A program made the translations under genes and the position numbers. 64,000 bases of DNA from Lama glama (lineage: Eukaryota), in contig CM052818.1 of assembly GCA_028534125.1 (NCBI GenBank), positions 47,866,001-47,930,000 on the forward strand, read 5' to 3'. Position 1 is the first letter of the stretch; each line of letters opens with the position of its first letter. The notes beneath the pieces are model-generated. The model searched no databases. It was not told where the DNA came from and worked only from the letters and a program-made list of their open reading frames with translations. Shown in pieces: positions 1 through 10,420 of the stretch.

Positions 1-181
1 ATTTACAGCCACGTCAGTAACTGTGTATCTCTGCCCGTAATTATACATTCATGTCCATGACTGCACCTCCATGCTCGTGACTGTGCCTTCATATCCACGA
101 CCACATCTGAATCCGCATCCATGTCCACATCTCCAGCTGCATCTCTGCAGCGTGTGCACGTGTACCTGCGCTTCTGCACCG

Positions 182-300
182 GAATGTACTCCCCATGAAG
201 GCAGGGGCTCTGTTTTTGCCGTGGCTTTAATCCCAGCCTCTAGAACAGTGCCTGGCCTATAATAGACACAAAATTAATATATGTCAGACGGACGAACGGA
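182..300 (+). mobile_element. L2 LINE 3' end fragment
   Basis: GAATGTACTCCCCATGAAGGCAGGG...CTAGAACAGTGCCTGGC resembles the L2 3' terminus, followed by a degenerate (GAAT)n-like tail (GACGGACGAACGGA). Confidence 0.7.
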
Positions 301-339
301 TCTCCTGCCTGTCGGCCCCGGACTGGGCTTCGGGGTTTG

Positions 340-495
340 GCTTTTCTAGCTCTGTGGACAAGGTACTCAACTTCAATGTGACTCTATGTTCTCACTTCTC
401 CATCCAGGATGCCATCATTTCTCTCAAAGATCTGGTGTGAGAATGAAATTAGATCCTGTATGAAAGAGGAGCCCCAGTTCTGGCCCAGAAAAGGC
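340..495 (+). mobile_element. MIR SINE (degenerate)
   Basis: CTAGCTCTGTGGAC...GGTGTGAGAATGAAATTAGATCCTGTATGAAAG resembles the MIR core and 3' part. Confidence 0.5.
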
Positions 496-735
496 ACGGA
501 GGTAAGGTTGGCTCCCTTCTTCCTCCATCTGCCTTGCTGAGCACATCTTGACGTTCAGAGGTCTCTGGGCTCAAAGGGAAATACATCTGTTAGTGTTCAC
601 TGCTGAGGCATTTTGAGTGTGGGCAAACTGAGGCTTCCCAGCTCCGGAAGGTTATAGACATAAATGCTATTTTCCATGGGAGAGATCGCCGAAACACAGA
701 GCTGATTTGCCCACGAGTTTAAGTGTGGTGATGGC

Positions 736-775
736 AAATAAGTAAATAAATACATAAATAAGTAAATAAATACAT
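736..775. repeat. Exact 20-bp tandem duplication (AAATAAGTAAATAAATACAT x2)
   Basis: Read directly: 736-755 is identical to 756-775. Confidence 0.9.
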
Positions 776-1645
776 TTTAAAGTCGAGAACAATGGCAGCT
801 TATTATTTAATTTCATTCATAGACAAAAATTAAGAGTTAAGGTAACTTTTGTTACCTAAGTCACATGAGCTTAAGCATTTACCCTGTCACCCAACAGAAG
901 AGATCGTATTTTATCAATGAAAAACTTTCAAGGCCTCCTTCCATTTGTATTTAAAACTCAAACACGTTTGCAAGAGAGAATTACCTCCCTTAGAAATAGA
1001 AGCCAATAGTCAATAATAACATTAGGCCCAAGCATCTGCTGAGAGTCTCACATGCCGTGTTGCACACATTGCTCACGTTCAGCCTATGAGTCAACTGCTC
1101 TTACAGTCTGATGCCTGGTTTGAAGGTACACAACCAGGCGGAGGTCACAGGACAAGCTAGCGGCGGAGCTGGAATCATGCTGTGTTCGTCTGCCCCTGGA
1201 GCTGCTGAGGACCCCCAGCCACTCTGCTTGGATGCCCAGGGGACAGCAAGCCAGTCCCAGTGACAGTTCAATCTAAGGATGTAAACAAATTAAGACTAAA
1301 AGTGAAAACTGAAACCCAAATATACCCAGGTTTGTGTAGCTTCCTCTTTACTGTTTACAAATGGTCCCTTTGCAAGTCATCTCCGGCCACCCTCTGAGGA
1401 CTGGGTGAGACTTTGTATCACTTCACAGATGGGAGAGGGGACGTCGTATGACGTCACCGACTGCCCCAGTTAATCAGGAGTAGAGACCAGAGCTCCACCT
1501 TCCGCCTGTAGGTCTCCGTTCTTTCCACTTACCTGCCTGTCTAGGCGGAAAGCTTCTGGTCCAGAGTTAGTCTTATTTGTGCCTTTACAATTGTCTTCTA
1601 AGCGTCAGCGACTCTAATAGCGATTGTGAGTACACAGCTCTTAGA

Positions 1646-2230
1646 GAAACGCAGACACAATCCCTTCCAGCTGGAGGAGAGAGACAGATAGTAAACAGAT
1701 AAACACACAAAATGTTAGTGCCACGGTGGTGTTAGTCCCACAGACAGAATGAAAAGATTGGGAGAACCATGTTGGGGAAAGGGTTGAGATTTTAAGTTGA
1801 GTGGAGCAGAGCTGCTCTGCTAAAGAGATATTTGAGCACCTGAAGGAAGTGAGAAAGCCAGCCACGTGGGTATCAGGAGAGACGGGGTTCTAGGCAGACA
1901 CAACTGCAGGTGCAAAGGCCCTGAGGTGATGGGAGGGTTCTTTTTTTTTTTTTTTTGACATATAGTCAGTTACAATGTGTCAATTTCCAGTGTGCAGCAT
2001 AATGTTTCTGTCATACATGTACCTACATATATTCGTTTTCAGATTATTTCTCATTATGGGTTACTATAAGGTATTGAATATAGTTCCCTGTGCTCTGCAG
2101 AAGAAATTTGGTTTTTATTCATTTTATATATAGTAGCTAATATTTGCAAATCTCAAACTCCCAATTTGGGAGATTCTTGCTGAGCACAAGGAACAGGAAG
2201 GAGGGCACTGGGGCTGCATCAGCCAGGGTG
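1646..2230 (-). mobile_element. L2 LINE fragment, interrupted by a younger L1 tail
   Basis: ATTTGAGCACCTGAAGGAAGTGAGAAAGCCAGCCACGTGG...GGTGCAAAGGCCCTGAGGTG is the typical antisense L2 signature. L2-like sequence resumes after 2168. Confidence 0.65.
1941..2168 (-). mobile_element. L1 3' end, artiodactyl/camelid type, 5'-truncated
   Basis: Poly-T, then ATAGTCAGTTACAATGTGTCAATTTCCAGTGTGCAGCA...TTGAATATAGTTCCCTGTGCT...TTTGCAAATCTCAAACTCCCAATTT. An imperfect TSD (GGGAGGGTTCTT / GGGAGATTCTT) flanks it. Confidence 0.88.
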
Positions 2231-3139
2231 CAGATCAGTCTACCACTCCAAGGGTCCTGTTGCCTACCGAGGAGGCTGAGGCCTGGCAAGTTCAGCAAAT
2301 CCCGGGCTTTGGTGCTGACCGACAGGCACGTGGAGGTGGCCACACCCACAGCAGGCTGAGAAGGAGCCCTGGAGTAGCGGGCATCAGAAACGATTCAGGC
2401 AGCAATTATTCAGTCTCAGAAAAGTCTCTCTGGAAGGACCAGTTCTGTCCTGTAAACGTGAGGAGCATTCGCTGAGGTCGGGGCCCACGGGGGGCACGTC
2501 GGTTACGAGCATTTGAGGAACGCTCATCAGGAAATGGCCATCCTTCTCCACAGACTAAAACCTTCCTGGCAGAGACCACACATTTTGATCGTACTTCCCA
2601 GAAGGTCTCAGGTTCTCTGGGTCCATGTGTATGAATTATCTTGAGTGTGGTCAGATGTCGCCAAGTCACACGAGCCTCCCTAATTAACAGGGTTCGTAAG
2701 TGCTCACTGCGCGTCAGCGCTGCGGAACCAGCTTTTCCTCTGCTTGGCATTTGTGTAGCTCCCTTTACCACTGCGGACAATCCGTTATTTTATTGTCACG
2801 ACAAGACTGTGGAGAAGCTGAGTATGAGAGACAGCGCGTCTTTCTCTCTCTTTCTCCTTTCTTTCCTTCCTTCCTTCCCTCCTTGAGGAAATGGAATGTT
2901 AAACAGTGTTTGATATGATAGAAAGAGCTGGAATCCCAGCGACCCAGGCAGCCTCCTCTGTGTGGTCTGGTCAGACCCCTCCAGACAGGGACGTCGGCAC
3001 CAGGTCCGGCTGCGCTGGTGTTGGGTGGGACAGCTGGGGGCTGTGTCCGGATCTGCAGACCCTCTGTGGGGTCCCGGTGCCTCCTGAGGACACGGTGGTG
3101 ATGGAGGGAGAGCTCGGAGACTGGCGTCCAGGCCGGGGA

Positions 3140-3460
3140 GAGTCATTAACCAGCTGCGGAAACTTGGGGAAATCAGTTCCGTCTCTAGCCTGCCGCGGTC
3201 TCATCTGGAAAGGAGAGACGTTACGTTTCGTTGATTTAAGCGATATTCCTACGGCTGCCATCTCCTGCTGGTGCTGGTTCTGAGCGCTGTACAAACATCA
3301 GCTCGTTTAATGCTCCAGACCGCCCTCCAAGGTAGGTAAGACTGTCCCCATTGTACTGATCAGGAAACGAAGACACAGGAAGGTGAAGCAGCCTGCTCAG
3401 GCCCAGGCCGGAGCTGGCAGAGCCACTGCAAGTCCAAGCAGGCGGGCTTTTAAGTTCCCC
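3140..3460. mobile_element. Two MIR fragments in opposite orientation (+ at ~3140-3230, - at ~3270-3460)
   Basis: CCAGCTGCGGAAACTTGGGGAAATCA...CTCATCTGGAAAGG (+) and CCCCATTGTACTGATCAGGAAACGAAGACACAG (-). Confidence 0.55.
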
Positions 3461-4499
3461 ACGCCCCTGCCTCCCAGGGCGAGGTGTATAAGTTCCCTCC
3501 TCGCTCACGCATCTGATGAGTGTGATTTTAGGCGGTGAGATTTCAGCCTGTCTGGAACACTCCTGCTCTAATCCATTAAATCAAACTGCACGCAGGCATT
3601 TATAATCCTGCCCCTACTTGGGGCAGAGCCCCCAACAGACGCAACCACTTGCGAGCTGGCCTGGACGCTGGCTTACACCCAGGGTGGAGAATGCACCTCT
3701 GTGTGCACTGATACCCCAGTGATTCATGGTTTTAAACTCCTGGAAAACTGTAGGTGCTCACGTAGGCGGGGTGGCTGGTCCTGAGCCCCCCTCTCTTCTC
3801 AAGAGTTCACCTGCTCCCCTGAAGGTTCCAGTCACCTCTGCTTGGATGACCCCAAACTGTCATTAGGTGAAGTTAGGTTAAGAAGGGGCCACAAGCACCT
3901 CTTCTCACCTGCTCCCCCGTTTCCCACCCCCTCCCTGGAGGCTGGAACTTCCCACAGCCCCCCCCATACAGAGGTGGGGGCCCCTGTGCGTGAGCCCAGA
4001 ACCCACCCTGAGGCCGCTGGGCTGGGGCTCCCCTCCAGCGCCTGGCTCACCACCTCTGGAGGGGCCCGTGGAAGCTCCTCTGGGGGACCTCTTGTCCCTG
4101 AGCCATTGTGTTTCCTACGTGCTCTCAGACTCCTCCCCCCCCCAGCTCGGACTCGAGCTAAACCACTTCCTCATCTCTCTCTAAGTCCATCTCAGGGGAC
4201 TCAGGTCCACAGTCGGTGGCCCCTCTGTCCTCGGGGGCCTGGCTGCCTCTCCCCTGCGGTCGTGGCTCTCAGTCCTTGCTGTCCCCGACCTTCGTCCCCC
4301 GACGTGACCCTGTGTCTGTCTCCCACTCTCTGTCTGGTGTTTCCTGTCGGTGACCCTGACCCACGGAGCTGCAGTCCTCCTGTCAGTACGGGACCAACCT
4401 CCCGGAAAACGGCCTCGCCTGTTGAGAGCTCTCATCAAGTCCCTTTTCTTCGTCCATGCGTAAAAGAACTGTCCGTGCGCATATCTTCTGGGTTTGGTT

Positions 4500-6130
4500 T
4501 GGTTTTGCTAAAACACAGGGAAGCTTACAATGCATTTTTTTACACCTTGTTTTTCTGCTTAAAATTAGATCTTGTAATTTTTTCACACGAGACCAGAGAT
4601 ATCTACTTCCTGCTTTCATGTCTGTATAGTGTTTTATTATATACACAGATCGTAATTTATTTAACAGAGTCTTGACTGGTGGACAGTTGCTTCTGGTTAT
4701 GAGCTGTAACAGCAGATGCTGCACATAAATGCCAGTGTGTCTGCACGTGTGTATATGTGCTTATGAATACATGTGTGTTTGCACACGTGTATACATGTGT
4801 GAGTATGTGTGTACAACCTACATATGTTCGTGCATCTCTTTGAGTATATTTGTAGAATAAATACATGACAAAGTAACCCCTGAGGTGAGGAATACATTCA
4901 TTTTATTCGTTTTTAATGTATTAAAATTGATTAATTTAGCATCCAAAAAAGTTGCGTTGATTTAGTCATAACAAAACTGTTTCATATTCCCTTTTAAATT
5001 GTTGCATGTTGGGTGGGTAAACAACCCCATCGCATCGTTTTAATTTGTATTTTTTAAATGTGAGTGAGTCTGAGGATCAGTTCGTATTTCTAAGCCTCTT
5101 GTGTTTCTTTGTCTGTCTGTTTACGTGCATCGGTGGGTGTTCTGTTGGGTCTTTGTCCTTTTAGGATTGACTCGTAAACTTTCTTTATGTTTTTAGGCAT
5201 CAGTCTTATGTCATATGCATTGTAAGTATTTCCCCAGTTTTGTTTTATGCTACTTTTTTCCTGAAAATGTGTTCAATTTTTTATGTATTGAAATCTGTTC
5301 CTTAATGTCTTCTTTCTTTTGTCTTTTCTTTTCTTTTTTTTTTTTAAGACGTTATATATTTAGAGAAGTTTTTGGTTCCCAGCAAAATTGAGAGGAAGGT
5401 ACAGAGGTTTCCCATATGACCCTCCTGCCCCAACACCAGCGCCCCCTTTATCAGCATCCTTCACCAGGTGGTCCATTTGTTACAGTGATGTACCTCCATC
5501 AGCACATCATAATCACTCCAAGTCCACGGTTTGCATCAGGCTCGCTCTTGGTGCTGCACATGCCATCGGTTTGGACAGATGTACAATACGATGTACACAC
5601 ACCAGCGTAGGACTGGACGGTATAGTTCCCTTGCCATAAAAATCCTCTGTACTCTGCCTACTCCTCTCCACACCTTCCACCCTAACCCCTGGCAAACACT
5701 GATCTTTTTACTGTCTCCACACATTTGCCTTTTGCAGAACGCCATGTAGCTGGACTCACAGTGTGCAGTGTTTCCACACTGGCTCCTTTCACTTGGTAAC
5801 ATGCACTTCCGTTTCCTCCATGTCTTTTCATGGCTTGCTAGCTCATTTCTTTTTAGTGCTGAATAATAACTCACTGTCTGGATACACCACGGTGTATTTA
5901 TCCGTTCACCTACTGAAGGACATCTGGGTTGCTTCCAAGTTTTTGTGATGACTAAAGCCGCTATAAATATCTGAGTGCTTCCAATTTTCTTGTTTTGCTT
6001 TGAAAGTTTGTCTCAGTTCCAAGATAAATTTAAAAAAAATTTAGATCCTAATTTTCTTCTAGGTTGTGATTTTACTTTTTGCCCTTATTCTTTAATCCAT
6101 TTGAAATTATTTTAGTGTTAGAATAGGTAT
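4500..6130 (-). mobile_element. Old L1M (L1ME-like) fragment hosting a nested L1MC1-like insertion
   Basis: T-rich antisense L1 motifs at 5030-5330 (TTTAATTTGTATTTTT...GTGAGTCTGAG) continue at 5980-6130 (TTTTCTTCTAG...TCTTTAATCCATTTGAAATTATTTT). Confidence 0.5.
5335..5978 (-). mobile_element. L1MC1-like 3' end
   Basis: TTTAGAGAAGTTTTTGGTTCCCAGCAAAATTGAGAGGAAGGTACAGAGGTTTCCCATAT...CACCTACTGAAGGACATCTGGGTTGCTTCCAAG matches the recalled L1MC1 3' UTR. The minus-strand ORF 5536-5874 (YYSALKRNEL..HEKTW) matches the L1 ORF2 end. Confidence 0.85.
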
Positions 6131-8123
6131 TAATGTGTTTCTTCAGCTGACTTTGGACTTATTTTGATGGCAAGGGTTACATTCTGCTCTTCTTTGAAGT
6201 CTATCTAAGATGGAACAAAATGTATGGCATATATGGCACTAAGTACTCTACCTGTTAGCTGCCATGATACGTACTTGCTTTAATGAATATGTTGCCGTAC
6301 CGCTAGCATGTAGGGACCATTAATCTAGTAATGACAGCTACCAATTATGTGCTGGGTAGACTCTGCAAATTTTAACCATTTTAGATCCAACAACCTTGTA
6401 AGGCCTGTTATACTGTCTCCACTTTATTGATAAGAGCATGGATGACCTCAAGATCACACATCGTCAGAGTGGCAACGCTGGGGCTCGAACACAAGTTGGT
6501 GTATCTTCAAAACACCAAGGTTCCCCACATCCACTACTGCTGCTCTCAGCGGCGAGAGGAGGTGAACGATGTGTGGAAATACGGAGTCACCTCTTTCCTG
6601 TCCACTAGCTGGAATTTACAGTTCTCACGGTTCAGTCTTCACATCAAATATTTTATTGAATTGGATTTAAACCTTTTTACCGGCTACTGAGCCCGATGAG
6701 GTAAGACTTAGTAAGTGCTGTGTGTTGGCTTCTGTCCCAGCGCAGCGGCTACAAGCACTTTGCAGTGATAATTTCCCCCTAATTGGTTGTCACTAATGCA
6801 CTGCCATTCTGGAATTTGTCACTTACCGAAATGTGCCTTAGCAAATGGACCGTGCTCTCCACCTGAATGCACATTGACACACGCTGAAAGCAGCTCGGCG
6901 AGAGGCAAGCGGGATTAAGAAGAAGAAGATGACTTGCAGGATATGCTGGGTGGGCAGTAGGTGACCTAGTGGGTAGCCGCCTTCTACGAGATCTCTTTTT
7001 GGACGAGGGAGTATGGCTGGAAGAACAGGGACTGGGGATCAGGAGACTGGTGGAGAGACGGGGCTGGACCAAAGTCAGCGTGTGTCTCCAGGGTTCGTCT
7101 TCCTTCCTCAGAGACCCATTTTCTCAGAAGCAACACGGAGAGACTTGCTTGGATCTGTCGTTTCAGCCTGTGCTCTGCGGCTACTTGGGGTCATTGTGAG
7201 TAAGAAACCGGAGGGAGCCAGGAGGGGTCTGAGTCCCCTGAGCCAGCTCAACCTCACAGCCCCCTGCTTTGCCCATTTTCACATCTTACGTTTCCATGGT
7301 GAACGACATGCCGACCATCGGAAGGGAGGCTCCCCCAGGAGGGCTCCAGTGATGACATTCTGAGGTCTTACTCCTCGTATTCCATCTTCAGCAGCCCCCA
7401 GGGCGCGTGCTCCGATGAAGGTTAGCAGGACAAGCACAGCGCAGGCTGCACGTGTGGTTTCCCAGCAAATCCCACCGGCCAAGGTGAGACGGAGGTGCCA
7501 GGACGGTGGCACCAACGGGAAGCTGGTGGGAGTTACCCCGGTTGGTCTCCGCCCCAAGAGGAGCACATAAACACATGTGCGCCGGCTGCCAGCCCGTCCC
7601 CCCGTGAAGGGAGTCAGTGTAGCAGAGGGTGGCTTGGGGCATCTGTGTTACCACGAAGAGCTGCCGGGCCTGGCAGGGCTGGGGACATATGGAGGCCCAG
7701 CTGCCCCAGCTGGCCGGCTCTGGGCAGTGCCAGCTGCAGCCAGGGGCAGCTTTCTTGGGCCAGGGAGACACCTGATTCTCAGAAGGGCAGGCCAGGAGCC
7801 TCGAGGAGAAGGCACACAAGACATTTCCAGGAATGGAGGTGACAAGAAGCCTTCAGATGAGGAGGCACTCTTAGCTTGCTTTCTGTTAAAGAACCAAACG
7901 ATCAATGAACTTGTCTCTCTGTGTATCTCAGTCTCCCTGCCCCTGTCTCTCATCTATGTTCTACTGAGCTGTGACTTTCAGTACCCCAGGGACCTTACGG
8001 TTTCCACAACAGACACAGTAAAATTGCAGAAGAACAGTTGATGTCAGTGTGAATTCTCTTTGCCTGGGGGCCAGGCTGGAACCCACAAGCTTGGAAGAGC
8101 TGGACTTTGTAAGAGAAGCAGTT

Positions 8124-8247
8124 AGGGGAGAGAGAGAGGGAGAGAGAGAGAGAGAGGGAAAGAGAGAGAAAGGAAGGAAGGAAGGAAGGAAGGAAGGAAG
8201 GAAGGAAGGAAGGAAGGAAGGAAGGAAGGAAGGAAGGAAGGAAGAAA

Positions 8248-8310
<63 letters not shown>

Positions 8311-8343
8311 GGAGAAAGAGAGAAAGAAAGAGAGGGAGAGAAA
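8124..8343. repeat. 220-nt pure-purine compound microsatellite: (GA)n, ~18x GGAA, ~16x GAAA
   Basis: Read directly. There is no pyrimidine between 8124 and 8343. Confidence 0.97.
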
Positions 8344-8399
8344 TAGCGGAAGAACAGACGAATTCATAAAGATCCACAAGGGATCTCATTTCTGGCTTT

Positions 8400-8545
8400 T
8401 GCGAGCTGGTGGGAAATTAGCAAATGACTTAACCAGTCTAAATGTCATTTTGCACATCTGTTAAAAGGGGATTTAGATTAACTTTAGGTTCCGAGGGCTA
8501 ATAGTGATACCTACCTTCCAAACCTGTTTTGAGGATTGTTAGAAG
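8400..8545 (+). mobile_element. MIR SINE
   Basis: GCAAATGACTTAACC...CATCTGTTAAAAGGGG...TAATAGTGATACCTACC...TTTTGAGGATT. Confidence 0.65.
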
Positions 8546-9529
8546 AGTGCTTGCCTCTCTAATATTTCCAGAACGTGCCCTGCAGGTAGCAGCTCTAGCT
8601 GTGCACAGGTGCACACCAGCTCCAAGGGCGTTACTTGCCTGTGGTGTCGCTGTGATCAGGACCGTGCTGTGTTCTGTCCCCTCTGGGCAGGCGGAACCCT
8701 CCCCCCCCGGCACATGCTGTGCTGTGTCCGCATGTCATGCTTGTTGAAAAGGTCAAAGGAGACCAATACACAAATTTGGAGAAAAAGTTAAAAGAGCCAC
8801 TTAAGTCTGAAAAGGTAGTTTTCTTCAACTTCTTATCTCCTCTCACTTCCTTTTCCACCAAATTTCCAGCCTTTCCAGGAAGCCCTTCCCAATCAAGCAG
8901 AAGTCAGACGTTCGCGAGGGCAACCCCAGAACGCGAGGGCCACGCCGCCGCTCATTCCCTGCCTGGTTCCGGGCGCACCGCTCCACTTCCGGTCTGCACT
9001 GGCATCTCCTGTCCTGGAAGGCCGGCTTCCTGGACCTAATGGTTCTGAGTCCATTCAGTCCTGGGTAAGTTCTATGATTCTCTTCTGTCCTTCTTCAGAC
9101 CACCATGGTTCCTACCCTAAAATGCAGAGGCCTGGTCTGGTAAGTCAGAGCACACGATGGATAAACGAAAAGAGGTCTTGGAAGCGGACACAGTTCTCGG
9201 CTGGCCCCTCTCGGAACCGTCCTGAAGATGCAAGACCCTGTTTCCAAGCCCACTGCAATGCCCTCAGTGACAGTTTGTGTTTTCTGTGTTGCATATTCTG
9301 CGTTTCTAACTTTCCAAATCCTCTTTCCTCTGGGCAGTGTGACCAACCTAGCCTAAGAAATTGGACTGGCTACCATTGTGGGTTCAAGAGAGACACCAGG
9401 CTCTGCTCACCATGGGCCAACTATGGACACAAATAACGTTAAGTGTTTCTGATAAAAATTCAATTTCACCTATCATATTCTTAGGATCCAAAGTTTAATT
9501 TTTTTTCTTTGAATGTCCCTCCCGCCCTT

Positions 9530-9755
9530 TATAAAATTTAAAAAAATTAAATTGCAGTGAAATATACACAACAGTTTACCATCCTGATCATTTATAAAGT
9601 GTGGAGTGTCCAGTATGTTCACAGTGGTATGCAACCCATCTCCAGAACTCTTTTCAACTTGCAAAACTCAGACTGTGTCCCCATTAAACAGTGACATTGA
9701 TTCCTTTCTCCCCTCGGCTCCTGGAAATCCTGATTCTACTTTCTGCCTTTATGCC
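9530..9755 (-). mobile_element. L1MB-like 3' end
   Basis: TTTACCATCCTGATCATTT...TGCAACCCATCTCCAGAACTCTTTTCAACTTGCAAAACTCAGACTGTGTCCCCATTAAACA. Confidence 0.8.
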
Positions 9756-10123
9756 GAGCCCACGTCCTGATCCGGGCGAGTGGAGGGGTGTCTGTGTGGG
9801 TCTCGGACACTGAACGGGATCAGTCGTGGCTGAGCCAGCACGCCTCTTCCTCCTGCTCCCCGGTGAGGCCTCCGTAGAGTCTTGGAGAGGCTCCTTGGCC
9901 AGAAACACCAGCCAGGGGTGAGAGCTTGGAGAGCATCTTCCCCAATCATCTGCCCTAGACTCGTAGACTTGGGGCAGATTCCCTTGAATACGCGTGAAAG
10001 GCGGCCTGTAAAAGACAGAGTGACAGGATGACTCTCTGGGCCTGGAGCCATGAAGAAGGAAAACCCACACTCACTTTTCCTAACAAGTGCCTGAGTGGGT
10101 CCAGACGTGGGTACAGAGACCCG

Positions 10124-10420
10124 TTCATTCATTCATTCATTCATTCATTCCCTTTGGGAGTTATTTTTAAGCGCTCACTGTGACAGGACCTAGAAATAAG
10201 TGAGTAAAAACATAAAAGACACAGCCCTGACCCCAGGAGCTGGCAAGCGGGGAGGCAGAAAGGCCAATGCTTCCTTAGAAGCAGATGGAAGAGCGGGGTT
10301 TGTGCTGCCTTGAGACTCAGACCGCGGAGCCAGGACTCTGTCCAGGAGGGGACGGGAAGACTCCTGGGCGGGGACTACTGAGTCTGAAGGAGCAGAGGCC
10401 TCAGGTGACGCAGCGCCCAC
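10124..10420 (-). mobile_element. L2 3' end with (TTCA)n tail
   Basis: (TTCA)6-7 followed by TTTTAAGCGCTCACTGTG...AAGACACAGCCCTGACCCCAGGAGC. Confidence 0.65.

Noticed and set aside
3842..4675. Longest ORF (277 aa)
   Set aside because: It has a non-ATG start, low-complexity Pro/Ser/Leu composition, runs into antisense L1-like sequence, and resembles no protein I know.
7961..8389. ORFs with RKEG/RKKE or FLPS/FFLS repeats
   Set aside because: Microsatellite translation.
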